Origin: Paraspadella gotoi
Taxonomy: Eukaryota; Animalia; Chaetognatha
Assembly: GCA_051294375.1 (NCBI GenBank)
Contig: CM119263.1
Span: 10,500,703-10,564,702, forward strand
Length of the DNA: 64,000 nucleotides
Direction of reading: 5' to 3'
Below are positions 45,501 through 58,200 of the stretch, piece by piece; position 1 is the first letter of the stretch, and each line of letters starts with the position of its first letter. The notes beneath the pieces were generated by a model that saw only the letters and a program-made list of their open reading frames with translations, did no database searches and was not told the DNA's origin. Made by a program: the position numbers and the translations under genes.

Positions 45501-47481
45501 TTGGTTAAACTGAACTCATTTCATTGTCTTGTACAATTAAGTATTCGCTTAACAGTTCCGGGTTCAATCCTTTTACGGCTGTGCTGGTTAAGTGTAAAGA
45601 TGCTAGCATTATGCAAGTAGCATAATTAAATTTGTAGGTTTAAACTTTTAAGAGATGACTGTCAGAAGATTCTTCATACCATGAGGATCACATACGTCCT
45701 CCTGTTGTTATATTATTAATATTAGTTTTTTTTTTAATTTGTTTGTAACTATAGATTTTTCAAATTATTTTTTTTAATTTAAAAAAAAAGCGACCGACCG
45801 ACCAATAATAGCACAATCCAGTCTTTAGAGCGGAATTGAATAAAAACTGGTTTCGAGATATTAAGTTCGACGCTGGGGGCCACGGACGCTTGTTCGAGCT
45901 CGCCCTTCTAATGACAAATTATTGATTTCAATTAAAATTTAACTTAAAAAATATTAAACATGATATTTTTATGGTTATTAAACAACGTTAACATAATATC
46001 TTTAGTTGTTATAATTTATGGCAAGATTTTTAAAAATTGAAATAACAATCAGGAAGAAATGATAGAAGTAATAAGATTCGTCAACTGAAAAGCAATTTAT
46101 TACTTAAAATTAAGTTTGATGACTTGCTTTAGCAATTGTTGCAGTCAAAAAGCTATGCAACAAAACAAATTAGCTTAGTGTTTTGCCTTATTATCTAACT
46201 TTTAATACATTGATACCCTAAAATCTTCCATATCGACCTACCTACGATTTAAAAAAAAAAACTGCACTCAACTCGACCCTGCCCTAAAATAGCAATAACT
46301 AAGTTACCTCCCTTTAGGCCGCAGTAAATGTCGGCCACTTTTTCCCTTTATTGCGTTTCGAGTTCCCCTCTACTCGTCGGGGTAAAAATCCAAACGGTTT
46401 TTATTCTCCCCTTTTTAAACTATTTGTGTCAAGGGGAGTTTTGACAAAAGACTTTTCCCACGAATGAAAGGAAAGCCGTCTTCCGTCATAACGAGTTTTA
46501 AAATGTCAGACGTCAGTGTCAGACGTCAGTCACTACCTGTGAACGATGTCATCGACGTCGTGATGCAATTTGTTGTGCAGATCGAAAATCGTCATATTTC
46601 TTCTTTCATCTTCGAATTCTTTTCCCTCCAAAAATTTCTTTTCGTTGATGAACATTTGATCTGAATGCAATTTTGAAGACAAAAAAGTTGTAATTATTTG
46701 AGAAAAATAAATGACTTTCATTTAATGAAAAAAAATGAATGAATGAATGAATAAATCTTTCATACAGTTAATTATTTAGTCACAAATATTGAAATTACCT
46801 ACTAAATCATAAAGGTTCTCTTCATACGCTCTCGTTTTCCGAAAGTCGTTTTGATTGCAGATGGCGATGGAGGGGAATTGGAGAGTGCTGTTGTAGTTGA
46901 CCTGTGTTTTGATGTTGCTGGCTTTACTAGAGATGTCTATTAGTTTGTCTTATCCCTGATCTTATTAATATTATCAACTCTTTTTTAAACATAACAATTG
47001 TTTACATTAGAGATACATAATTTGCCGTTGTCTTTACCGTTTTATTAACCGTCGCTTTGGTCTGAGTCAGTTTGAGCTAATTGTCAACGTCCCTACCTCG
47101 ACATTAACGTTGCTTGGATAACTGAGGTAGTAAGCGACGCGATCGTACACTTGGTAAGTTATTTGAATCGAGGCGCCGACGACGACCAGAAACCAAAGAA
47201 CTCTGGAAGCAGGAAAGACTGTTCAACCTTATTATTTAATTGGACAGTAACTTACCTTTTCTCTAAATGATAGGCCCCTACCTTCTGATGAAGAAGGGTG
47301 TGTCGGCGACAACGAAGGCGATTCCCTGAAACGACGTCTCCTCGCAGGCGGACCTGAGGGCGGACCTCCAGGTGCCGGGGTCTTCGTCGACGAGCGAATC
47401 GGTGGATCCCTTCTCCGCAGTCCCGTTCTGTCCCTCAAGCGCCGTCATTTCGTTGGCGAATCCTTCGCTCGCTCTCACCAT
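36558..47481 (-). CDS. DEG/ENaC (ASIC-superfamily) channel subunit, ~962 aa, 20 exons, with a very large extracellular insertion
   Basis: Phase-consistent exons: 47282-47481, 47097-47202, 46799-46901, 46537-46660, 42733-42838, 42512-42581, 42297-42421, 41910-42132, 41488-41728, 40994-41179, 40474-40529, 40130-40290, 39724-39853, 39091-39353, 38762-38883, 38492-38615, 38155-38302, 37394-37571, 36901-36992, 36558-36688. Hallmarks: RRVLWFLVVV (TM1), LQFPSIAICNQN, TDFGVCFIYN, GLKLGINLEQYEY, HCGC, CECPVPC, FFRELSYQKIEQQQAY, SDIGGAMGLLVGATFVTLLE (TM2). Confidence 0.93.
40703..40877 (+). mobile_element. tRNA-headed structured element B, in DEG/ENaC intron
   Basis: A box tggctcagagg (40708-40718), B box gttccatcc (40758-40766), hairpins cagtggc/gccactg and aggg/ccct, terminal pairing cccattgg/ccaatggg; GC island in an AT-rich intron. 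Confidence 0.55.
43497..44123 (-). pseudogene. SPOP-like BTB/POZ + BACK-like reading frame, intronless, nested in DEG/ENaC intron 4; probably 5'-disrupted
   Basis: Open stop-to-stop frame: [44 protein letters not shown]...FLGVLRFIYAG...LKVVCVETM...LKADCLAFVKRN...TEGWKDI. No in-frame ATG or strong acceptor ahead of the BTB domain; frameshifted GC-rich upstream segment at ~44410-44670. BTB identity is secure; pseudogene status is inferred. Confidence 0.75.
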
Positions 47482-47530
47482 CGCCACCTCTTTAGCGGCT
47501 TCTTTTGTGGCGAAGAGAAAAAAAAAAATA

Positions 47531-47592
<62 letters not shown>

Positions 47593-50170
47593 AGATGGAG
47601 GGAGGGAGGAGGGGGGAAGGGAGAGAGAGAGAAAAGAGAGAGAGAAATTCAAATATATTTAATACACGGATATCAAGTGAAGGAGAAATGAAAAAAAGTT
47701 GTTATAATTTATAACAGACTAATAGTGACTAGGATTGATATTTAATCATTTCATTAGTTGGAAAATTCTCTGACTTTTATATTTCTATATAACAAATTGA
47801 TAATACATACATCATACAAATTGTGCTTTTTTTGTAACTTTTTTCCCTCCCTTGGGATACTTCAATTTCGAACTCCTTATGAAAAAATCTAAGTCAATTA
47901 TTTTAATTTCTTTTATATTTTTAGTTAGTCTAAGGTCTTGGAAGCATTACAAAAAATGTTTATTAATATATTCAAAGGTTCAGTGAGGCGACAAGCGCTT
48001 GTTAGATCGATGTTCTTTCGAAATTTGTTTTCCAAGCTAAAATTTTCATTTTCTTTCACTTGTAACTTAAAAACTATAAAATGACAAAAGGCTGTCATTG
48101 TGGTTGTGAAAAAGATTTTGACATTTTGATTGCTCAGGTACATACTCCAATGTCTATATTTGTAAGATGAATTAAAATTTATTAAAATTTCAGTCTTTTT
48201 ATAGAAATATGTTTTATAATGCAAAAATTAGACTTTTTTGAAATTCGACCTTGACATTGATGACCAAATAACTAAGAAACTCATGGGAGTTACAAAAGAA
48301 AAAAACGTCAGTGATTTTTTTACCAGTGTACAAAATTTGAAGTCACTATAACTAATAATATAACAATAGCATTTAATATTTTCATTTCAAATTTATGATT
48401 TTATATCGACATTTACCTTTCTAAAATCGCTGCCGGAGATAAAGTTGAGGTACTAAAGCGGGGTATATTTTTTTTAAAAAATATTATATGTTGAACTGTA
48501 AAACTGGTTTTAAAATAGAAAGTTAGACTCCTTGATGTATTCCTGTGAAAGTTTTTTTCGGGAAATTACTGTGACAGTTCTTCGGGAGATTTTTTTTGGG
48601 TAACGATTTTCCGAGAGAACTTTTCTTTTTTTAGCAAGGTTTTTAGAGTGCATGTAGTTTTTCCAATCATTTCTTGTATCTGTTTCTTGTAATTTCAGTT
48701 ATTCGTTCGATCGAAGCGGAGAATGTAGAATCGACAAAAACTAAACTTAAATGTGAAAATAGTATTTTGTTATTTGAAATAAATGTCGGGTCTTAATCTT
48801 ATACTTGATCGCGCGCGAAAGAGAAAGTATGTAGTAAGATATTAAATATTAAAAATTTAAAAATTACGAAGATACCGAAGAGGAAAAAAAGACTCCCGCA
48901 ATTGAAATCAATGTGAGAGGAAGTCACGCGACGATGTAAATCAAATAATAGTAGTGCTTTATCCAAAGTGTGAAATTATAACATACTGGATGAAAATCTC
49001 TTTTGATTTTGTTACAAAAAATTAATTCAAAAAACACATTAGAGACAGATACCGGTGGTAAGTCGCCTCATACATAACTGTCTTTGCACAAATTTTCATA
49101 CTATTTCTTTTCAAAAAAAGCAAATTTTAATTTTATTTGAACTTTTCTTTCGAACGTTGATTATCTTTAAAATTTTTTCTGAGTTTTTCTTTAATTTAGT
49201 TATATCTAAATGCTCATTTCATTTAATTTAAAATCGATTTATAAGTCTAAATTGTTGTCGGAAAAAAACCGAAACGGTATTTCAGGATTGTTATTATAAT
49301 AAAGAAGGAATCGATAATACCAACCAAGAAAAGAAAAAAAAAACGTTAATGACAAACAAAGCAAAGATTCATTGTGCAGAGCGCACACTATTTCTCTCCG
49401 TAATAATAGCTTTAAAAAAACATAAAGAAAAGAAATTAATGAATTCTTTTTAAAATTTTAATAGTCTTTCTTAAAGAAATGTGAAAGGCAGCCGTAGAGA
49501 TATACTATATCATATAGTATAGAAAAGGAAAGTAAAGGATAAACGACGAACGGCGAAAAAGAACGAGTGAATAACAACGGAACAAACGTCGAACGAACCA
49601 AAAAGAACATTTAATGTCTAACGTATAACGAACGACGATCGACGGACCAAAACCGCTGACGTTTTTTCTTGTCACGAAAGTTTCGTTCCTCCGAGTCTGA
49701 GGCTTCGCGGTAGAGTTTTCGCGTTGGAAATTTGTGACCGACCTTGAAGAGTTGAGAGACATTGATTCTTTCGGACTCGCGATATGTTAATCCTATCGGC
49801 TGAGGAAACGACAACAATAACAACACGCGCCGGGAAATCGGGACGACTGAAAAAAAAAATAAAGTGCAATGGCTTGTTCGACACGTTTTCTCATAGTGCC
49901 CATGAAATAAAAAATAGAGATATTGTAGTGATGTAAGTGTGGGGGCTATCCACACTCACAGAGAGGCATGGCGACCCTCTCTCATCTCGGTCACTTCACT
50001 ATGAATTAAAATTCAATTCAAGATGAATAAAAACAAGGATTGAGGTCGAGGTGTTTTGAAATTTGTAAACGTTGATGTAAATAAAATATTAATCTCGGTT
50101 TCAAAGAATATTTTTTCTTGATTTAATTTCGCGTCATCAATAATGATTAGAAAAAAAGGTGAAAGTGACA

Positions 50171-50212
<42 letters not shown>

Positions 50213-51063
50213 AAGGGGGAGTCAGAGTTTTAATTTCCATTTAACAATCGAAGCGTGGACGTGTCAGCATTCTCCCTTTGACATCGCGAACAGACGACGA
50301 TGGAGACGAGGGCGAACTTAAATAAATAAACCAGAAACTTATATTAGATTAACTGAACTAAAAAAAAGATAGTTTAGTCTTAGAATTTAAGAAAGTTTAC
50401 GCTAAGAAAACCGTAGGAATAGAAAACGAATTTGGTGATTTTTCATTTTCGGTCGAAAACTTGTTTTGACAACGTCCAGAGCGTTGGTATACGAAGACGT
50501 CGATGACGACGACGACGATGGTGTTGGTTACGAAGCTTTTAACAACAATGAAGAAGACGACGACGAAAAAGAGATTAGTGAGAACTGAGAACGACGATGA
50601 TGTCGATGAAAGCAAAGTGACATAACGAGATGAAACGATGCCTAATCTCGAACGCAGCCAAAAAACATGACTTCGAAAACGCGATAATTGAGTTTCGACC
50701 AAGATCAGGTCCTTAAATTAAACGAGGTGTCGGATTTTGAGGCCGATTCTTGTTTGGATTAAAGACAATTGGAGAAGAGAAAAACGTCGAGCCGACAATG
50801 AGACAGAACATGACGATGCAGGCGGATCCTAAATCCTAAATCGGAAGCGTCGACGCCGTCGACTGTAATGTCCGACGACCGCGACAACTAATTCGATTAT
50901 TGACGTTTTCTATTCGATTGAAGTCGAAATACAAGATTCGCCATCGAATTATTATTTAAAGTGTCGTCGGAATTTTATTTATCCATGGATGAGAATACGC
51001 GAAAATAATCTCGTTTACATGTTTGTTTGGGAAAGTGATCTAGAGACAGAGAGAGACAGAGAG

Positions 51064-51101
<38 letters not shown>

Positions 51102-53046
51102 TATAGATATAATCGAATTAATGACATAACGATTTTTCTTATTCTTTTTTTTTTCGGATTTGTCAATTCGTTCTCTTGGTCTTCGTAAACCTAATCCTGA
51201 AACTTGTCTTACAAGTTGTTATTGTCGTCGTCGTCGTCGTCGTCGTCATCTTCGAACATCGTGCTCGATATTCGATTTCGGTACGCAGTTCTCTCTCGGG
51301 CTTTCCCAGTTCTGCGCAGGTTCTCCCAGTTTTGATCAAGGTTATTCGCGACATCCTGCTCGTCTCAATTAACGCCTGAGGTCTTCCCAGCGGGTTTTCT
51401 CTTTGGCTCTCCTTGCTCACTTCGGTTCCCTTTTGGTTTACGAGTTTATTGTTTAGAGATCCGCTCGATCGTCGAAAGAAGAAGACGATGATGACAAAAA
51501 GGAGACGACGTCTACTGTGATGTTATGATGCTCCTCCTGACGAAATGACGAGGCTTTAATCGATTTTTCCCCCCGAAATCCCGAAAATCCGATTTCCAAT
51601 TAATTTGCGCCAGTAAACTTATTTCGTTTTAAATAATTTTCCGGGTTCGTTGTCATCCTGGCAATTGCATCATGTAGATGTGTCAAGGAAGAGTGACAGT
51701 CAACCGGTCACACTCCTCACTGACCTATATAAACATTATACAAGTTTAATTTTAACTAACGAACGCTGTCAACGACGTTGTCATTTTTTTAACTTCTTGT
51801 TGTTGATAAGTTGACCCCGTGACCCCGCGACCTTTTTTAAACTTTAAAATTGTTTCGTACTGATTTGAACTGGAGCAAATAGAGCCCCACTCCCTGCCAG
51901 GCACATTTTGAACTCAGCTGACAACCGCCAATTCTTTTTTTTTTATATTACTTTCATTAGTTTTCATTAATTTTAAAATTAATGAGGAAACGAGAAAGAC
52001 AACGACGTCGTTAAACTTAAGGTTTTTTTTGGTTTTCGTATGATGAAGAAGTGAACCAACTTTTTTTTCGTCGGGGAAAAAAAAAAAAACGAAAATAAAA
52101 GTAGCTAGCTGGTCAAAACATGGCGAACGTGCCAATTCTGCGTCTGCTTTAGAGAATCGAAATGTGACAAACAGTTTTCATGACGCGAGTCGTCGGTCCG
52201 TTTGCCCGTACGTCGATTTGACTGTCTGTCGTGAGAATGGAATCACTTTGAAATTAAGTTATATTACCGCTCCTGTAAAAGTAGGAATCCCGAGAAAAGC
52301 TAAAAAGTAAACAATTTAGTTATCATATTTTGTTTTATTGATTTTTTATAGGATTTTAATTAATGAAAATTTTTTTACATGACAGGGTTTAGAAAAGAAA
52401 GCACATTCAATGAAATTTAAAAAAAAAGATTTTCTTTTGAAATTTTAACCTGAAAATAGTTGTGTTTCTTCCCCTTTTTTAGGTCTAATTGGTCTGAGTT
52501 TCATGTTAATAGAATATGGATTAAGATTAGCTGTCAATTTAATGATTTTGTAAAGATTACTTTGAAGCCATGAGAAAATTGAATTAGACAATGTCATTTA
52601 GGCGCAGTTTATTTAAATTTTTAAGTTTTAAAATGTAGTAAAAGTTTAGGGATAGAATTAGGGATCAGGGTTATAGTTACTTTAAGTCAATATTTAAAAA
52701 GAAATTGTTATAATATCAATTAATATTATCCAATAAGGGTTAAAATTAAGTTCATAGATTGGTAACAGAAATAGGGCGCTCACGGAAAACAGTTTCCTCA
52801 TTTTTAGCAATATGTGATACTAGTTTTTTTTTAAATAAAGTTAGTGAAATGTTACAGGTTTTTAACATATTATTATATATATTATTAGATTGGTTGTACA
52901 AATTTAATAAAGAAATTAAGTAACATTTACTTGTTAATTAGATTTTTCATGATTTTATGTTTTTCGTTCAAAACCATGTCTTTTTTTTATTAGAGACGCT
53001 CTTTTCAACGCAAATATTCTTCAGTTGGAAAAATGATCGGGTTTCC

Positions 53047-53135
53047 TGCGAGCGAAACCACTTACCCACCCGGTCCAAACCCCCACTCAAACTGCGAGCG
53101 AAACCACTTACCCACCCGGTCCAAACCCCCACTCA
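53047..53135. repeat. Tandem duplication, ~46 bp unit
   Basis: tgcgagcgaaaccacttacccacccggtccaaa(a)cccccactcaa occurs twice. Confidence 0.95.
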
Positions 53136-53698
53136 AGCATTTTTTTCAATTTTTGTCATCGATTGGTGTCACGTGAGCGACGTCATCGGCGGAGACGACG
53201 CCAAAGTCATAACAACAACAAGTGAAAATAGGAAAAAAAAAAAAAGAATAGAGCAAATGTCACCAAATAATAAACTAATGAAGTACCATCATAAATATAA
53301 TATAATGTAAATAGTTGTCGCGTTTTTTTAAAAAGTAGAGTACATGCGGTTTGCTTGCGAGGTTTTTTTTTATTACCTTTTTATTTTTTCTATTCCTTTT
53401 TCATTTCTTTTTTTCTTGGTGTTTGTTTCGGAAATCGGGGATGGAAAAACTGTTTTATCCGAATCAACAAAAAAGGTGGAAGCATAAAATATGACTTCGT
53501 TTCGGCGGCGAGTTGGGTTGTGGGGGTGGTGGGTGGGGTGGTGGGTTGGGGTGGTGCCTGACGGGGAAGCAAGAATGGTGGTGATTGAAATGAGAAAGAG
53601 AATAGGATCCTCAAAGATTTGAAATAGATGTGGTTTCGAAAATGTTGGTTTTTGGTTCTGATCGGAAGCAATTGTCAATCTCGAGGAAAGAGAAATTA

Positions 53699-54150
53699 AA
53701 ACAAGAACGGTAATTCAAATGTGTTACGCCGCAGTGACCACTTTATCACGTGTATTACTCGTGACATGACATTACATAACATGACATGACGTGACATAAC
53801 ATGACTACATGATTACAATAACTTTCTTAGCCCGTGTATTTATGACATGTACTGCATCAAAATTTTGTATTTTATTCTATTTTAGTTTGCAGTCCTTTAG
53901 ATTAACCAAAGAGCAACCAACTAAAGGGAAATTTTATAGTATCTGTAAACTGTATATTGTCCGTGATAATTTGTAACAGCGACCCATGGCCATTGGCCAA
54001 CCCCCGGCCCGTCCTTTCTGAATAAATTCTAATCTAATCTAATCTATATGTACCGACGGACAGACATACCGACGTACCGACCGACCGACAGACCGACCGA
54101 AAAGTGACTTATAGAGTTTCTCCGCGAGTACTCGCGGCGCAAATAAAAAA
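53699..54150 (-). mobile_element. HINE-like element, copy 2, with internal insertion
   Basis: Same termini, palindrome (54122-54137) and GACC microsatellite as 5942-6278. Confidence 0.75.
53904..54046 (+). mobile_element. Probable 3' tail of a LINE inserted in HINE copy 2
   Basis: Absent from copy 1; ends in aataaa (54021-54026) followed by (tctaa)n. Confidence 0.5.
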
Positions 54151-56280
54151 AGGAAATTAACGAATGCAAAATGTCGCCAAATTAATGCTGATGTTAGCGC
54201 CTTTTCTGTTTGTGACGTTTATCCCCGTTAATCCGCTTGTGAATTAGGAGCCGATTATTTGCTCTTTTTTGGGCTTTATAGATGAATAGTTTTTATTATT
54301 TTTTTCATCGGTTGATTTAATCTACTAAATATCTAATCAATTCTTTCTGATTCCTTTCTAATCTCATCTCATTGATTTTTCTCTTCCTTCTCTTTTCTTT
54401 TCTTTTCTTTTCTTTTCTTTTCTTTTCTTTTCTTTTTTTTCTTTTCTTCTCTTCTCTCCTCAGCTCTTTAATTCTGTTTTTCACTTCTCTATTTTCAATT
54501 CTCTTTTAGTTATTTTTCGCTTTCTTTCCCTGATCTTTTCCTCTATTTTTTCCTCTTTCTGAAGTCAGCACGTGAATTAATAATTAATAAATAAACATAA
54601 AATTGATTCAGAATTTTAATTCGACTAATTTGAGAATTTCTGAAAGATACATGCTGCAATACCTACTCCTTGCTTCAGCTATATATATCAATTATTAGGT
54701 GAAGTCAAGACCTTAAAATTTTGTTGATAAAATTTTATAACAGGCGCTATATAGAGTCAAACATACCCTGTTTCCGTTCGCGAGTGTCACCAAAATTTTA
54801 CATCATAAGAAATCCCTATTAATGGTCTAATGAATGGCGTATCGGAATTATAGTATGTTTAGAAATTTGTGAGTAATGATTTTTTATTTATGTTTTTATT
54901 TGTAATTCTTAAGTTTTCTTTGTACAATTCGTCCAAATGAAAAAAATGCTGTCCTGACCATGTTTTTTATTGTCTTGAATAATTATTTTATATCGTAAGG
55001 ATTCCACGTTAATGCTTCATTTAATGTTATAAATGAATTTCAATAATTTTAAGTAATCAATGAGTAATTAATTTATAATGATTTTATTTTTTTTTAAATT
55101 CAGATTTTTACTTATGTTGAAATTGGATTACCATGAAAGAAAGGTTATTTTACCTAAGTAAATATAAAATTAATTTTATGAAATTAAAATATAATAAACG
55201 TCAGGTACTTTGCCATAGAATGAGAGAAGAAAATTTAGAAAAATATTCATCCAATGAGGAATGATACGCATTTTATTGGTGTCACTCGCGAACGGACAAG
55301 GGGTAGGTGAAAATTCTCATTCAATTTACAATTATTTGGGATTCTAAAACACTTACTCCGACAGGGAAATAAAAATACAAAACAAAAGAAAACGAAAGTA
55401 TCAAAAGAAACATTGAGCAAAAACGAAGACAAATGTCTTTCGGTCTTGACCGATCAATATTAATGGGTTTATCTTTTCCAATTATAGCAAATGGTCGCTT
55501 CATCATCTCGCTTACGAGTTTTTTTTTTTCACGGAAGAAAAATCAATTCCATTAACGAGAAATTCATTTCCCGCGGAGTGAGGAATGAGGGTAATTCCAA
55601 TAATAGTAATTCAAATCATAGTAATAATAATAATGATAAAAATAATAATAGTAATAATGATAAAAATAATAATAGTATCATTAATGATAAGAATAATAAT
55701 AATTAGGAATGAGGGAAATTCCAATAATTTTAATCTGATACTTATGCCTTTCTGTTTATGATCAGTCTTGAAAAAAAAATTGACAAGTTTCTGTCTATGA
55801 CTTAAAAAAAAGGCAATGGCCTCGTATAAATGTTAGGTACCATAATGATAATATTTACTCATGATTTTCATTGGTATACTTATACTTTTTCAATTTGCAG
55901 TGTCCGCGATTGATCCTTAATTGTTGAATTTAATAACATTATCTTTTTATTTTTAGTGCCATCAGTGCAATTAGTCTTGCTCAATGCTCATTTATTATTT
56001 GAATGCCAAATTGTTTCTTTTATTGTTTTGTCGTTTTATCTTTTTATCGTCTTAACTGTCAAATTATCTCTTTTATTTCAGAAAAAAAAAACAATTTCCT
56101 TTTTTTTCGCCGCTCCATGCCCATGGATATATTTGAAAATTCCACAAAAGCGTAGAAATGTTTAAACATATGTTATAAAAGGAATTTCCGAAGTAGCAAT
56201 AGACAAAAACGTTGAGATGTCGTGCTCTTACATTTCAACTAGTATTCTGTTCATTTGTTCGAAGAGAGACCGATCGAATG

Positions 56281-57443
56281 CTACAAGACAGTCTGCACAA
56301 CCTCCGGTTCATCGATGTCTCCCGCATCGGAAGTCGTCACGATTTCCGCGATCGGCGACAAAAGCGGCTTTTGCGACGCGGGCTTTGACGCGTGCGACGC
56401 GGGCTTTGACGCGTGCGGCGCCGAGGTCGCGTGGATGAGAGTTTCTGAGTCGAGAGTGAAGCCGTCGACGGTGGCGTCGAGAGCTTCAACGGAATTGGAG
56501 ATGCGGAACATAGACTCTGTTTCTTCGCCTCGTCGACGTCGTTGGAGGTATTCCTAAACAAAAGGGCAATACAAGTTAAAAATGTCAATAATATAATATA
56601 TTAAACTATTGTCAGGCATTGCAATAAGTTTACCCCGCCTATAAGCATGGAATCTTTAATTGGGACCCGGTGGGTCATTGAGTAACACCCGCAGCTCATA
56701 AACATGAGGTACCGGAATCGATTCCCAATGGTTCCAAGCCCAGGACCCTTATATATCTGTTACTAACCCTAGTGCTAGAGTGGGCCAGAGAAGTTGCGGA
56801 TTGCGCTCATGAGCTCACTTAGCGCCTTTTCCTCTTAAATTCCTCTTAACTTTAATTCGTGTCAAAGCAAAGATAGAGTAACAATCAAATGTTGAGTCCA
56901 TAATGCTGGCACTCTAGTTTTTTTTCCTTATAAATTCTAAACCTTTTGAATATAAAACTTTAGAAAAGACGTTTCAAATGTTTTACAACAACGATTTTTT
57001 TATTTTCAAAAAAAAAAATCGTTGTAAAACATTTCAAACGTCTCTTCTAAATTCAATTAACCCAACGAAAGAAAGGATTACACAATAATATAAATCTGTA
57101 CGAAATATTGACATAAATTAGTTTGTTTGCGGGTAAAAACCGATATCAGTCAAATCTGACAATTAAAAGTTGGATGACGTCACCTTCGCTCGGAATCTCA
57201 GCTTAGTAATTGTTGTAGTCGTTGTTGTTGTTGTACTTTGTTCACCTCGAGAAAACGTCCGCTGTTGACTGCGGCGAAGAGGAAGAGGAGGAGGAGAGGA
57301 GCGGAGACGAAGCAGATGGAAGAAAAAAAAAGAGCGCATTCCCAGGTGCAGCGAGGAAAAGGTAAGGAGGTGCCGTTGTTGTTGTTGTTGTTGTTGTTGT
57401 TCACGACGTCGAATCCGTTCCACGTCTCGTTTGTCGGTTCAGA
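56281..57443 (-). CDS. Putative single-pass membrane protein, last two exons (5' end not found)
   Basis: Exons 57246-57443 and 56281-56553 join in phase 0: SEPTNETW..NNNNGTSLPFPRCTWEC-ALFFSSICFVSAPLLLLFLFAAV-NSGRFLEEYLQRRRR...EVVQTVL*. N-glycosylation sequons, TM helix, basic stop-transfer cluster, PDZ-type C-terminus; exon-like GC content. Confidence 0.55.
56607..56828 (+). mobile_element. tRNA-headed SINE-like element C (internally deleted relative to D)
   Basis: Homologous to 62583-62851: ccgcctataagcatg, gacccggtgg.tcattgagtaa, cagctcat, caagcccaggaccc, cacttagcgcctt. Confidence 0.75.
56959..57051. repeat. Near-perfect hairpin with ~40-bp arms
   Basis: tttagaaaagacgtttcaaatgttttacaac..gattttt mirrors aaaaatcgttgtaaaacatttcaaacgtctcttctaaa. 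Confidence 0.9.
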
Positions 57444-57507
57444 CTTAACGGGGGGGGGTGGAATCGAGGAAGATGGAAGAGAATTACAATCATGTATTAG
57501 TTTAATA

Positions 57508-58124
57508 CTATCTAGGAAAAAAGTTAGAAACATTTTTAATTGAGGATATCTACTCGAAAACTTGCTCGATTTTTAAAAAATCAGGATGTTTCAGATTCTA
57601 CACTAAATTTCCTTTCAGTTGCTTCCTTCCATTTTTTCGTAGATCCAACCGTATAGAAGTTAGAGGCAAAATAAGATTGCTACCTCAAGTGAAAAATGGC
57701 GGAAAAAATCGCCTTTAGTTTTCCACAATTCTTGGTATTGAGTTATTTGTTTCTATTTCAAGTTGAGTTAGTTATTTTTTTCATTTTTTTAAATTTGGTT
57801 ATGCCGAATAGACAGCCCCTCTCTTTGGTTCATAAAGGTGCAATTGTAGCTCTGAGAAAAGAGGGAAAGACGCAACAATTCATCAGCAATAGACTTGGAA
57901 CGTCAACATCGGGGCTGAAAAGAATTGCGCTAAAGGTGTGGAAAAACATTTCACCTTTGTACCTCAATTCGCTTTATCAGAGCATGCCCAGACGAATGCA
58001 GGCAGTGGTCGATGCCGAGGGAGGGCATACCAAATATTGAGAATGTTTTACCCATGTTTTGTATATTTTTTATTGAATAAATGAACTTTTAAAAAAAAAT
58101 GTTTCTAACTTTTTTCCTAGATAG
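57508..58124 (+). mobile_element. Tc1/mariner internal-deletion derivative, 617 bp
   Basis: Perfect 30-bp TIRs ctatctaggaaaaaagttagaaacattttt, TA on both flanks (57506-57507, 58125-58126); ORF 57801-58040 joins an N-terminal HTH (KGAIVALRKEGKTQQFISNRLG) to the Tc1 C-terminus (LYQSMPRRMQAVVDAEGGHTKY). Confidence 0.93.
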
Positions 58125-58200
58125 TACAACGATAATTGTGATTAAATGTTGTAAACTGTAAGAACTATGTCGAATTGATAGAATATGAGACAAATGCTTA

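Noticed and set aside
44976-45659. Possible element bounded by gtcatctc/gagatgac
   Set aside because: Only 8 bp of inverted match and no TSD.
43497-46537. BTB frame as an alternative terminal exon of the channel
   Set aside because: The channel donor at 46537 is phase 2 and I found no phase-compatible acceptor ahead of the BTB domain; the fusion would also place BTB extracellularly.
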